A program made the translations under genes and the position numbers. Under the pieces are notes generated by a model that was not told where the DNA came from, did not search any database, and saw only the letters and a list, made by a program, of their open reading frames with translations. A stretch of 64,000 nucleotides of DNA from Promethearchaeota archaeon. Its GTDB lineage: Archaea; Asgardarchaeota; Lokiarchaeia; Sigyniarchaeales; SOKP01. The stretch spans positions 1 to 64,000 of the forward strand of contig JAFGOA010000011.1 in assembly GCA_016926735.1 (NCBI GenBank), given 5' to 3'. Positions 1 through 9,654 of this stretch are shown here, piece after piece (position 1 is the first letter of the stretch; every line of letters begins with the position of its first letter).

Positions 1-447
1 GATCTCCAAAGGCGTGAATTTCCATAGTCCATACGGTATTAATCGTATCTCACGCGATAATTATGTTTTCTCTTTCTTTTAACCTCCGGATTCCTTCTTG
101 ATTAACTTTGATAGGATCATTACTATTTCTTTTATTTTTCTTATCTAAACGAGTAATCCCTCAATGCTTGGCGATCGTTTTTATATTTATTGTAGATGGT
201 TGTTCTTACTTCTAAAATCTTAGTATATACGAATCTGTAATGTCTGAAATTCATTAAGAATAACGCTTTTTGCTTGACATTCGGATGGACTCGTATATTC
301 ATCGAATGATTACTCGACATAGATAGAAGTGTATAGATAAAATCATTATTATGATATAGGAGAGAATGGAATTAGTATATTTCATTTAAAACCTATTATT
401 CAATTCATCTCCCCCCTAAAAAAGGGAGTGTTCTTGAATCGTCATAA
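1..447 (-). mobile_element. Internally deleted IS200/IS605-family (tnpB) element; right end lies beyond the window edge
   Basis: Left-end hairpin 399-447 (minus: TTCAAGAACACTCCCTTTTTTAGGGGGGAGATGAATTGA), truncated TnpB N-terminus 320-141, and tnpB 3'-end-like motif ATACCGTATGGACTATGGAAATTCACGCCTTTGGAGATC at ~39-1. Confidence 0.8.
141..320 (-). pseudogene. tnpB: TnpB N-terminal HTH fragment (59 aa)
   Basis: Translates MSSNHSMNIRVHPNVKQKALFLMNFRHYRFVYTKILEVRTTIYN..., resembling the OrfB_IS605 HTH pattern (xRxYPxxxQ...RFVYN); stops at codon 60, no RuvC domain. Confidence 0.7.
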
Positions 448-547
448 TGAAATTTGAATTATAAATTTATCAAATAATCATCATATTATAGAAATAATAA
501 AGTTTATAGATGTTATTTAATAATAATAAATATATAATCTTTATTTT

Positions 548-644
548 GGACTTGTAGCCAAGCTTGGATTGTTAGAAAAACTAACCCAAAAATGGCGTCG
601 GACTTCTAATCCGAAGATCGCAGGTTCAAATCCTGCCAGGTCCA
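548..644 (+). tRNA. tRNA-Arg(TCT) with ~22-nt D-loop intron (570-591)
   Basis: Acceptor GGACTTG/CAGGTCC, D stem GCCA/TGGC, anticodon arm TCGGA-CTTCTAA-TCCGA, T arm GCAGG-TTCAAAT-CCTGC; TTGG/CCAA central helix with 3-nt bulges ATT and AAA. Confidence 0.93.
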
Positions 645-774
645 TTTAATCTTTTATTATAGATTAATACTGCATAATGATTTTATTGAAATTACCTATT
701 AATAAAGTATTAATACCTAATTTTTAATTATTTTATCCCTTATACTAATTAAAAACTAATAGAATGGTAATATA

Positions 775-1482
775 ATGTTAAATCGTCGGGACTTTTATCA
801 TCAAAATATCCGATATAGTTTTCATTATCATAGAGAAAGATTAGATAGATTAAACCTATTAAACCAACGTTATAATAAAATAAAGAAATTTTTTGAAAGA
901 ATATATAGTGGCAATATCCCAAATGATGTTTTTAATAAAAAAAAAGCACCAAGAATCTCTAATTTCAGAATTAAAGGAATAAAAAAAACATTTTTAACGA
1001 GTATTGAAAAACGATTAATTAGAACTGGAAAAGTTAAAAAGTTTGACTCTGATTTTATATTATCATCCTATGCGGAAGATGTATTTAATAATTATGTTAA
1101 AAATAGAATTGAAAAAATACCTGGACATGATCCAATTTTAAAAAACATTCTTATAAAAGATAAAAATGCAATTGCTATAGAAATCCCTATATGGAAACAA
1201 GTTCATAATCATTATATTACTGGACATATTGATTTAATCCAAGCAAAAGAAGATATAATTAAAATTATAGATTATAAACCAGAAGGTCATTTTCTTTATT
1301 CATTACCTCAAGTTGCTTCTTATGGGTTAATCTTTAAATCTATTTCATCTTTTAATAAAATTATTTGTGTTTCATTTAATAAGAAAGAAGCATGGGAGTA
1401 TAATCCTAATATCTTATTAGAGGAAATAAAAGATTATTTAAATTTTCATAATATAGAGCAGATTTGGGAAAAATATATATAA
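775..1482 (+). CDS. PD-(D/E)XK (RecB-like) nuclease superfamily protein
   Basis: Motifs AIEIP...GHIDL...IIDYK...QVASY; lacks the four Fe-S cysteines of Cas4. Confidence 0.75.
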   Translation: MLNRRDFYHQNIRYSFHYHRERLDRLNLLNQRYNKIKKFFERIYSGNIPNDVFNKKKAPRISNFRIKGIKKTFLTSIEKRLIRTGKVKKFDSDFILSSYAEDVFNNYVKNRIEKIPGHDPILKNILIKDKNAIAIEIPIWKQVHNHYITGHIDLIQAKEDIIKIIDYKPEGHFLYSLPQVASYGLIFKSISSFNKIICVSFNKKEAWEYNPNILLEEIKDYLNFHNIEQIWEKYI

Positions 1483-1486
1483 TAAT

Positions 1487-1735
1487 TTATTTTTGAATTT
1501 TTTTCTTTTTTCGTACTGATTCTTCTGGTGTTATTTTTTCGTTTAAATAGGTCTTGAGAATTAAAAAGCACAAAATAATTCCAAAAATCTCAATTATAAC
1601 CCCAATTAACACAATCAGATTTCCATTAAAACCTGATATCCTTAAAATTACTGCTATAACAAAACCAGATAATGTTAAAATAAACAATAAAAATCCGTTG
1701 ATTAGGTCTCTAAATTTTTTTATTATTGATGACAA
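1487..1735 (-). CDS. Small 2-TM membrane protein
   Basis: Two hydrophobic helices and a basic C-terminal tail. Confidence 0.6.
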   Translation of the reverse strand: MSSIIKKFRDLINGFLLFILTLSGFVIAVILRISGFNGNLIVLIGVIIEIFGIILCFLILKTYLNEKITPEESVRKKKKIQK

Positions 1736-1799
1736 ATTTTTTCTTATTTTAATTTAAATTATAAGTATTTTATCTAAATTGTGTATTATTTTAATATCT

Positions 1800-2190
1800 T
1801 TTTGTTATGAACCATTGCAAAAAATCTAGACCTTTCTCGATCAACTTTCTTGCATCTATGTTATATAGACAAGATGCCTTAGTGGCCTTCACCGGACGGT
1901 CTTGAGCACGAATTGTGGGTCTCCTCAGATTTTCTGTGGTCTGATTGACGAAAGTGCGATTACTTGTACCGTATTCAAATCGAACTGAATTGGGATATTC
2001 TTTCTCCTTCCAATGACACAATGTTTTGATACACACACTGAGTAATATAGAGGTAGTCCCAATGGCGTATATGAATGATAAAATTTCCTAAATACTTCGA
2101 AATAGTTGGAATACGTGGTTCGTATATGAATTATAATCGTATATGGATTTATCTTAACTTCTGGGACTATAAATTACCCATAAATTATTT
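1800..2190 (+). ncRNA. Candidate structured ncRNA of unknown class
   Basis: GC-enriched intergenic region with several nested helices whose G-U pairs favour the + strand; no convincing ORF. Confidence 0.45.
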
Positions 2191-2288
2191 ATAAAAAATT
2201 AGGAATTTTTATTGCTTATTATTATATATTTAGAATATTTTTTTTTTCCATTAAGTTCTCTATTAATTATGAATAAAGAATTAAATGG

Positions 2289-4685
2289 TTATTTCACTTT
2301 AGATTTAAATTTTAAATATAATGCTTTATCTAAAAATTTTCCAATCTTTTTTGAAATTATTTTTGAAATTTCATATTTTTCTCCATCATATAATTCTATA
2401 CTGGTAATGTCTTCTTTTTTTTGAGTAGGACGATTTTCTAAAATTTGTTCAATATTCTTTTTTATGTCATTTTTCACGATATTTTGATCTGGTAATTTTA
2501 TCTCTGGTGTTAAACTTTTTATTTTATCTATAGCAAATAGGAAAAATTCTGTCAATCTCTCTATATTATTCCCTTCCAACTCACAATGTAATTTAATATT
2601 CTCTGTTGTAGTCTTTGTGTCTTTTTCTTGCCAGTATAATTGATTTGGATTTATTCCTGGGCTATTAATTCTCATTAAAGAGGATGTGATTCTACGTTCG
2701 ATCCAATTAAGAGTACTTGTTTTTTGTTTTTCTCGTATTAGAATTTTTTTATTTTCTATCTTTTGTTCTTTTAATTTAATTTCTTCAGTAATCGTGTGTC
2801 TTTTAAGTTCTTCAAATTGTTCGAATCTTTTAATGAGATCATATCCAAGGCAATATGAAATGGGAGAAATCAAATCCTTACTGAGTTTTATATCTTTAAC
2901 GTTTTGATATATTGGACTTGGAGAATTGTTATAAATTTTAATTGTTTTTTCTAATGATGAATCTATTAATCGTGCTAATATAAATCCATTAACAAGAAAG
3001 GGTTTATTATCTGCATTAAATATGAGAACTAATTCTTTTTGTCGTTTTTTTAATCGATTTATTAATAATTCCTCTAATTTTATCCATATCCATTCTTCTG
3101 ATTTATTTGTATTATACATTTTTTTTAAAGCTAAAAGATATAATGCTTTTTCGTCTGAGATCTTATTATATGCTTCAATAATTCTACTTAATTGTCTTAA
3201 AATTTTTGATAATATGAAAAAATAGATATCTTTAACGATTTTATTTAAAATTTCTTCAAAATCTAATGAAAAAAGAATTTGCGAATAATTATTAAGATCT
3301 AAATCTTTAAGAAAAATATCATCAATAACATCTTTTTTCTTCTTAAAGTCTCTTAAATCTGAAAATGAAATATTTATTTTTCTTTCTATTACATCCCATA
3401 ATTTCTCATTATCACTTTTTTCCATTTTTAATAAATCATCAAGATTTTTCTTTTCATTTCTGATATTATTTTCTACGTTCAATTCGTATATCTTTAATAA
3501 CGTATTTTTTGCAATACTTAATATGTTTTTTTTTTGATCATTAAGCTGTAATATATCAAATTTATTTATATTATATCTTACCATATTATCTTTAATTTTT
3601 CTGACAATTTCTTCATCCATATTCATAATATGTAGTATATTAAAAATCCCATATTTATTCAAAATATAGATTATTTCCCTAAAATTTTGTTCATTAATGT
3701 TCTGTAAAAAATATATAAAATCATTTGGATTTGTTCTAAATTGAAGAATTATCTCTTTTTTTAAGTAATCAAATACCTTATTTTCAAATATATCATAATC
3801 TATTTCTGTTTCTAAAGCATTCTCAATAATTCGGATTAGGGTTTTTTTTATTTTGTTTGCATTCTTAAAAGCTTTTAATCCCTGTATAGATACCGGAAAA
3901 CGATTAAGATCATATTCCATTATTTTTTTTTTTATCATCCTAACTGACATTGCATTCATTTTTAACTCTTGATATGATTTAAACTCAAATTTTGTTTGAA
4001 TTGAATTTTTTATTTTTATAAGTGTCGATAATTCTATATTTTTATCTTCTTTCTCATTAAGTTGTAATCTTTTCTCTAATTCAACAGAAATATCTCTTAA
4101 TTCTGCACTTTTTTCTAGAACTTCAACTTTGATTATATCCGTTAATCCAATTAGATCTCCAATAAGGTCATAAAAATTATAAGGCGAAAAATGTAATATA
4201 ATATCTAAAATTTCTTTTTCTAAATATTTATCAATTTCATTTAATAATAATTCTTTTTCACTTTCATTAATATCCTTTTTTCTTAAATTTATTAATAAAT
4301 CTAAAAATTTATCTTCTAATTCAATCAGTTTATATAATAATGCTATTTCAGATTCAAATGAATTATTTAATAATAATCTTATTTCTTTATAGATGGTTTT
4401 TTTTTCATTAACCTCTAAAATTTTTGAATATTCAAATGTACCTTTATTAAAATCTACTAATTCCCCTACTCTAATCCCATAATTATGATAGATATGAACA
4501 GAAGCTGTGGCGATTAATAAATCTTTTAAAGTTGGTTTTTTTTCTACCAGTTCAAAAATCTTTAATTTATCTGCTTCTCTTTTAAAATGAGATAGTATTA
4601 AATCAATTGTTTGAAAATATCTAAAAGTACTTTCAATAGCCGTTTTTTTTCTTTTTATTCCGGTTATCATAATTCTTTTATCCAC
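2289..4685 (-). CDS. Large alpha-helical hypothetical protein
   Basis: 798-aa ORF overlapping the upstream ORF by 19 nt; no recognisable catalytic motif. Confidence 0.8.
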   Translation of the reverse strand: MDKRIMITGIKRKKTAIESTFRYFQTIDLILSHFKREADKLKIFELVEKKPTLKDLLIATASVHIYHNYGIRVGELVDFNKGTFEYSKILEVNEKKTIYKEIRLLLNNSFESEIALLYKLIELEDKFLDLLINLRKKDINESEKELLLNEIDKYLEKEILDIILHFSPYNFYDLIGDLIGLTDIIKVEVLEKSAELRDISVELEKRLQLNEKEDKNIELSTLIKIKNSIQTKFEFKSYQELKMNAMSVRMIKKKIMEYDLNRFPVSIQGLKAFKNANKIKKTLIRIIENALETEIDYDIFENKVFDYLKKEIILQFRTNPNDFIYFLQNINEQNFREIIYILNKYGIFNILHIMNMDEEIVRKIKDNMVRYNINKFDILQLNDQKKNILSIAKNTLLKIYELNVENNIRNEKKNLDDLLKMEKSDNEKLWDVIERKINISFSDLRDFKKKKDVIDDIFLKDLDLNNYSQILFSLDFEEILNKIVKDIYFFILSKILRQLSRIIEAYNKISDEKALYLLALKKMYNTNKSEEWIWIKLEELLINRLKKRQKELVLIFNADNKPFLVNGFILARLIDSSLEKTIKIYNNSPSPIYQNVKDIKLSKDLISPISYCLGYDLIKRFEQFEELKRHTITEEIKLKEQKIENKKILIREKQKTSTLNWIERRITSSLMRINSPGINPNQLYWQEKDTKTTTENIKLHCELEGNNIERLTEFFLFAIDKIKSLTPEIKLPDQNIVKNDIKKNIEQILENRPTQKKEDITSIELYDGEKYEISKIISKKIGKFLDKALYLKFKSKVK

Positions 4686-6970
4686 TCTCTATATACTTCT
4701 TTAAAATTATCAGATAAACTAATCAAAATATTACCTTCTCCCCAATATTTTATGTTAAATACCTGAAACAATTCTCCTTTAAACAGTTCCTTTTCCTCAC
4801 TTGTAAAGATATGTTTAAGTATCAATGATTTAGGAATAGGAATTAATTTAGAAAAATATCTTAATTCATTTTTTCTCATATAATTATAAAAAGTATTCTC
4901 ATTATTAGCTTTAAGATATTCTATTGGAATATATTCCTGTGAAGATAAACTCGTAGTACTAGTTAATTTTTCAATTTTTCTTTTTATATATTTTGGAAAT
5001 TCTGTTTTTATTCCAAGAAAATATTCATATTGCTTAAAAAACTCAATTAATTTTTTTTTTATATCTTCATTTGTTTCTTGAGCTATATAATGATCCAAAA
5101 ATTCCAGAAATTTGTCAGGATTTTGTGAATCTCTCTCTCTGTCTTCTAAATAACCTATAAAATCATTATAGATCTCAATAATACTCCATTTTTTTTGAAC
5201 ATTCATTTTTAAAAATATCTTTGAATAATCCTTAATCCATTCAAGAATATATTTTTTCCAAGTTAAAGTAATTCCTGACAATCTTTTCTCTAAAAATCTA
5301 TGAAACTTAGTTGAAAATAATACAGGATCACTAATTTCTGTATTTGGTATTTCTTTTAAAAATCTATTTATTGTAGAATAACGTAAAATATAGCTCAATA
5401 GAAAATGCAGTTCTTCAGAAAATTTTTTAAATTCTTCTATTGATTTTATTATATTCTTTGAATCATATAAATTGATCTCAGCAAACGAAACAATATCTTT
5501 TATTTTTAATTCTACATCATTAAAAAAAATATCAATATTTTTAGAAATTAACTCTTTAAACGCTTTTAATATAACTGTATCATTAAAATTTCCATCTATT
5601 ATCGTAGAAAGAGATATTCTATCTATCTCCTTGAGAATATAGTCATAAAAATTTTCAATTATACGTTGTCCTAATATTTTCGATGGTTCTGGTTCTTTTA
5701 AAAGATCTATTTTTATGTCTTCTAAGAGTTTTTTGGCAAATAATCCCAGTTTTCTATTTACAAAATATTTAATCTTATAAGTATTTATCATAACAATACT
5801 ATTAGAAACTAATTCTGAAAAATAATTAAAAATCGATATTAACTCATTAGCTCTAATTTTTTCGGATTTAACAACCATTTGAGTTATAAATTTCTTAGTT
5901 ATGTCTAAAATTTCAGAGAAATTACCATTATCATGGGTTTTAATTTCTCTTTCAAATGCATTTACAATCTGTTCTACCGTCCCTACTTCTCCACTTATTT
6001 GAAAATTTTTACTTATTCTTAGAAAATCTTCGATATCTTTTTTATTTCTTAATAATATATCTTCAATTCTTTGTATCATCCATGATTCTGTTTTTTTATC
6101 CGTTTCTTTCCCAATATCTTCATTTATTTTTTTAATGAAATATTTTATCAATTTATTTTGAAAATAATCAATTGTACCTGTGTTTGCTAAATTTAAGAGA
6201 TTTGTACCTAAATACATTGTTTTTTCTATAATAAAATTTGCGCTTGGTTCTGTAATAGAAAATTTAAGATGATCATTTTCTGTTTTTCCCTCAAAAGAAT
6301 TTTTTAATTTATCAAATTTAGAATTGGATAAATTAACAACGACAGGATCCTTATGCCATTGTATATCTATTTTCGATCTAAATTTACAATATTTTTCTAA
6401 ATATTCTTTTTCTATTAAAGTTAAATCTGATAACCCAATCATTCCCTTATTCCATTTATTTTCAATCAATTGACTATATAAACTTTTAGTAAATCGAGAT
6501 GCAAATCGTGTATAAATAAGTTCTCTTTGTTCTTTGGTCAATTCTGGATGATTTGCATAATCTTCAACCTCAAAAAATAATTTACTTATTTTCGTAATAG
6601 CTTTATTTGATTTATGAATATCAAGAATACCTACATCTGGTTTTAAAGCTAGCATTAAACTTTCACATTCTTTATAGTTACCTGGTACTAATATCATTGA
6701 TTTTGGATAAATATTTGTAATATTTGCTTTTAGATTAAAATTTATTAATTCAAATTCTACAAAAAATAATTCAGAACCGGTATAATCCCTTAACATTGCA
6801 TTAAAGCTAGTTAAATAATTTATAACATCTTTGGAGAGTTCTTTAATAAGTGTTTTTTTTAAATTTCTCGGACCTACAATATCCCCAACAATCAAATTTT
6901 CTTTATTTGGTGAAGAATATCCAAATATTATAGAAAATTGATAATTAATTGATTCTCGAGTTGTTATCAT
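4667..6970 (-). CDS. Large, mostly helical hypothetical protein
   Basis: 767-aa ORF; first gene of a two-gene operon. Confidence 0.8.
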   Translation of the reverse strand: MITTRESINYQFSIIFGYSSPNKENLIVGDIVGPRNLKKTLIKELSKDVINYLTSFNAMLRDYTGSELFFVEFELINFNLKANITNIYPKSMILVPGNYKECESLMLALKPDVGILDIHKSNKAITKISKLFFEVEDYANHPELTKEQRELIYTRFASRFTKSLYSQLIENKWNKGMIGLSDLTLIEKEYLEKYCKFRSKIDIQWHKDPVVVNLSNSKFDKLKNSFEGKTENDHLKFSITEPSANFIIEKTMYLGTNLLNLANTGTIDYFQNKLIKYFIKKINEDIGKETDKKTESWMIQRIEDILLRNKKDIEDFLRISKNFQISGEVGTVEQIVNAFEREIKTHDNGNFSEILDITKKFITQMVVKSEKIRANELISIFNYFSELVSNSIVMINTYKIKYFVNRKLGLFAKKLLEDIKIDLLKEPEPSKILGQRIIENFYDYILKEIDRISLSTIIDGNFNDTVILKAFKELISKNIDIFFNDVELKIKDIVSFAEINLYDSKNIIKSIEEFKKFSEELHFLLSYILRYSTINRFLKEIPNTEISDPVLFSTKFHRFLEKRLSGITLTWKKYILEWIKDYSKIFLKMNVQKKWSIIEIYNDFIGYLEDRERDSQNPDKFLEFLDHYIAQETNEDIKKKLIEFFKQYEYFLGIKTEFPKYIKRKIEKLTSTTSLSSQEYIPIEYLKANNENTFYNYMRKNELRYFSKLIPIPKSLILKHIFTSEEKELFKGELFQVFNIKYWGEGNILISLSDNFKEVYREWIKEL

Positions 6971-7220
6971 TTTTCGTCAATAAAAAAATAATTGCTTTTC
7001 TTTCAATTATATAATAGATTAAATATATCTTTTTAAATAATTGTTCTTTAGATAGTGTATTAAATTCAAATTGACTATATAATTTTCAATCAAATAAAAA
7101 TATTAATGATTATATTTTTAATTATACTATAAAATAAATATCATACTACAGAATTATCTTCATAAAAATTCTTTATTTTTATTATTAAAAGGTGAGAAAA
7201 AGATTCAATTTGGAACTGAC

Positions 7221-7607
7221 TTGGGTATTACTAATGAAGATATCGAAAAAATTAGTCCACAAATTACATTCATTACTTCAAATGCCGATATTGAAGCAAT
7301 AGCATTAGTATCTACTGAAGGCTATCAAATTGCGTTTTCTGCTTTACCACAATATAAAGTAGATGGTGATCAATTTTGTGGTTTAGCATCAGCTTTACTA
7401 ATGACGGGAAGATCAACAATTCAGCAATTATTTCAAGAGGATCTTAGTGAAATAATCCTGAGAGCTGAAGATGGATACATTATCATTACAAATGCTGGTA
7501 AATTAGTTATTGTTTGTGCAGGAACTTTAATCGAAACGCTTATGAAAACAGTAAAGGTTATGAGAGTTGCTGCGAAAAATTTAATGCAAATTTTTGAAGG
7601 AAGATAA
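7221..7607 (+). CDS. Roadblock/LC7 (MglB/LAMTOR-like) domain protein
   Basis: ALVSTEGYQIA...GLASALL...LSEIILRAEDGYIII pattern, 128 aa. Confidence 0.85.
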   Translation: MGITNEDIEKISPQITFITSNADIEAIALVSTEGYQIAFSALPQYKVDGDQFCGLASALLMTGRSTIQQLFQEDLSEIILRAEDGYIIITNAGKLVIVCAGTLIETLMKTVKVMRVAAKNLMQIFEGR

Positions 7608-7762
7608 CCCTATATTTTATTTAATTAGACGATTAAAGCTAAAAAAAGTTGAATTTAGATTTTTTTGTATTAATGTTTTAATATCTTGTTTTATGTGATT
7701 TAATAAGATTTAATATTAATTCACAACAATATATCTATAAAAAATTATCGAGGTATTCAAAT

Positions 7763-9166
7763 ATGGTAGATTACTTTAATTCAAGAATTTTTTTAAATCC
7801 AAATGAAATACCAAAAGAATGGGTAAATATTTTACCTGATTTACCCTCTCCAATGACTCCTTTACTTAATCCAATGGATGGAAAGCCCGCACCATTCGAA
7901 ATGGCATGTGCTGTTTTCCCTAAAGAATGTGTCCTTCAAGAAGTATCACAAGAACCAAATATTCCCATCCCAAATGAAATAAGGGAAATATTTGCAAAAA
8001 CCTATCGACCAACACCTCTTCACAGAGCTTTAGGATTAGAGAGATCTCTTGGAATAGAAGGCGATGATATACAAATTTTCTATAAAAATGAATCAGTCTC
8101 TCCTACAGGGTCTCATAAACCTAATACGGCTATTGCTCAAGCATATTATGCTAAAAAACAAGGACTTCAGGAATTAGTCACTGAAACGGGAGCAGGCCAA
8201 TGGGGGTCTGGTCTTTCATTCGGATGTAGTCAATTTGATTTAAAATGTATTGTTTATATGGTTCGTGCAAGTTTTCTGCAGAAGCCTGGAAGGAAAATAT
8301 TGATGAGATCATTTAATGCAGAGGTTCATGCTAGTCCATCAAGATTTACTGACTCTGGAAAGATATTTTATGAAAAAAATCCAGATCATCCCGGAAGTCT
8401 AGGTCTTGCAATTTCAGAGGCCGTTGAGCATAGCCTTAGAAGTGATAAAGCAAGATATTCACTTGGAAGTGTTGTTAATTTTGTTTTGTTACATCAAACT
8501 ATTGTTGGTCAAGAAGCAAAAATTCAGCTCAAGAAAGGAGGTATTCAAACACCTGATATGATTATTGGATGTATGGGAGGGGGTTCAAACTTTGGGGGAT
8601 TAATGCTTCCATTTGCAAGAGATAAAATAAATGGAATAACTCCGGATATTGATATAATTGGTGTAGAACCAAGAGCTTGTCCGAGTGTATGTAAGGGGAT
8701 ATATCGTTGGGATTTCGGAGATACTGCAAAAAGAGCACCAATTGCAAAAATGCATACTTTGGGTCATACATTTATCCCAAGTCCAATTCATGCGGGAGGA
8801 TTAAGATATCATGGGATTGCACCTATTATTTCGATTCTTCACAATAATAATATCCTTAGAGCGGTAATGCATCATCAAACAGAAGTTATAGAAGCGGGAA
8901 TAAAATTTGCAAATGCAGAAGGAATCATTCCTGCTCCAGAATGTGCACATGCTGTTAAAGAAACTATTGATCAGGCATTAAAAGCGAAAGAAGCTAATGA
9001 AAAGAAAGTCATACTGTTTAATTTTAGTGGACATGGATTTTTTGATTTATTAGCTTATAAGGAGTTTATGACCGGTAATTTAATAGATTATGAATTACCA
9101 ACTGATGAAATTCAAAAAGCCTTAAATTCATCTGAGATGCCAAATATCGATGAATCACAATTCTAA
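7763..9166 (+). CDS. trpB2: Tryptophan synthase beta chain, TrpB2 type
   Basis: RPTPL, GSHKPN (PLP lysine), TETGAGQWG, GGGSNFGG, HAGGLRYHG, SGHG. Confidence 0.93.
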   Translation: MVDYFNSRIFLNPNEIPKEWVNILPDLPSPMTPLLNPMDGKPAPFEMACAVFPKECVLQEVSQEPNIPIPNEIREIFAKTYRPTPLHRALGLERSLGIEGDDIQIFYKNESVSPTGSHKPNTAIAQAYYAKKQGLQELVTETGAGQWGSGLSFGCSQFDLKCIVYMVRASFLQKPGRKILMRSFNAEVHASPSRFTDSGKIFYEKNPDHPGSLGLAISEAVEHSLRSDKARYSLGSVVNFVLLHQTIVGQEAKIQLKKGGIQTPDMIIGCMGGGSNFGGLMLPFARDKINGITPDIDIIGVEPRACPSVCKGIYRWDFGDTAKRAPIAKMHTLGHTFIPSPIHAGGLRYHGIAPIISILHNNNILRAVMHHQTEVIEAGIKFANAEGIIPAPECAHAVKETIDQALKAKEANEKKVILFNFSGHGFFDLLAYKEFMTGNLIDYELPTDEIQKALNSSEMPNIDESQF

Positions 9167-9227
9167 CTTTAAATTTTTTATACTTTTTTTTTAAAAATAA
9201 TATGAATTTAATAATTTATTATTAATT

Positions 9228-9506
9228 CTCAAAAAACTACATTCTTTTGAGGATAAGATGAATTGAGATTCAATCGAAAATCATGAATCCGTTTATAATT
9301 CCTCTTTTTTCACTTGTTATTATCTAATATTATTACGATAAAATTGGATTTTATATAAAATCAAATTATTATCATATTTTTCCTCTGTGGAAGAATTATC
9401 ATTCCTATCATAATGTAGTGATTCTCCATAACAAAATGACTAATAAATAGTAGAAGAGGTTGTGTACTCGTAGGAAATCACTGCTATTGAGCAGTATATT
9501 ATCCAC
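9228..9506 (+). mobile_element. IS200/IS605-derived miniature element, copy A
   Basis: Degenerate left end TCAAAAAACTAC...GATGAATTGAG; aligns along its length with copy C; right-end hairpin ACTGCT-ATTG-AGCAGT. Confidence 0.65.
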
Positions 9507-9654
9507 AACCATTAATATAAAATAAAATATAAGAGATAAACTTATTATTTTTGTTCAATTAGTTTTTTAATTCTATAATTATAAATAATATCTATACTAC
9601 TCTATTAATTAATTTTAGTAAAATATATAAATTAATCAAGAAATTATTATCAAG

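Noticed and set aside
775-1482. Cas4 or CRISPR locus
   Set aside because: No Fe-S cysteine set, no cas genes, and no repeat-spacer array seen in the window
1791-2036. 81-aa minus-strand ORF, and an antisense frame with several TGA codons (possible selenoprotein)
   Set aside because: No recognisable domain or Sec motif; the region is better explained by RNA structure
1800-2190. Identification as RNase P RNA, SRP RNA, group I intron or hammerhead ribozyme
   Set aside because: Only partial look-alikes (GAGGTAGTCC, CTGATTGACGAAA); no CR-V, no SRP helix 8, P7 strands in the wrong order, no hammerhead stem II
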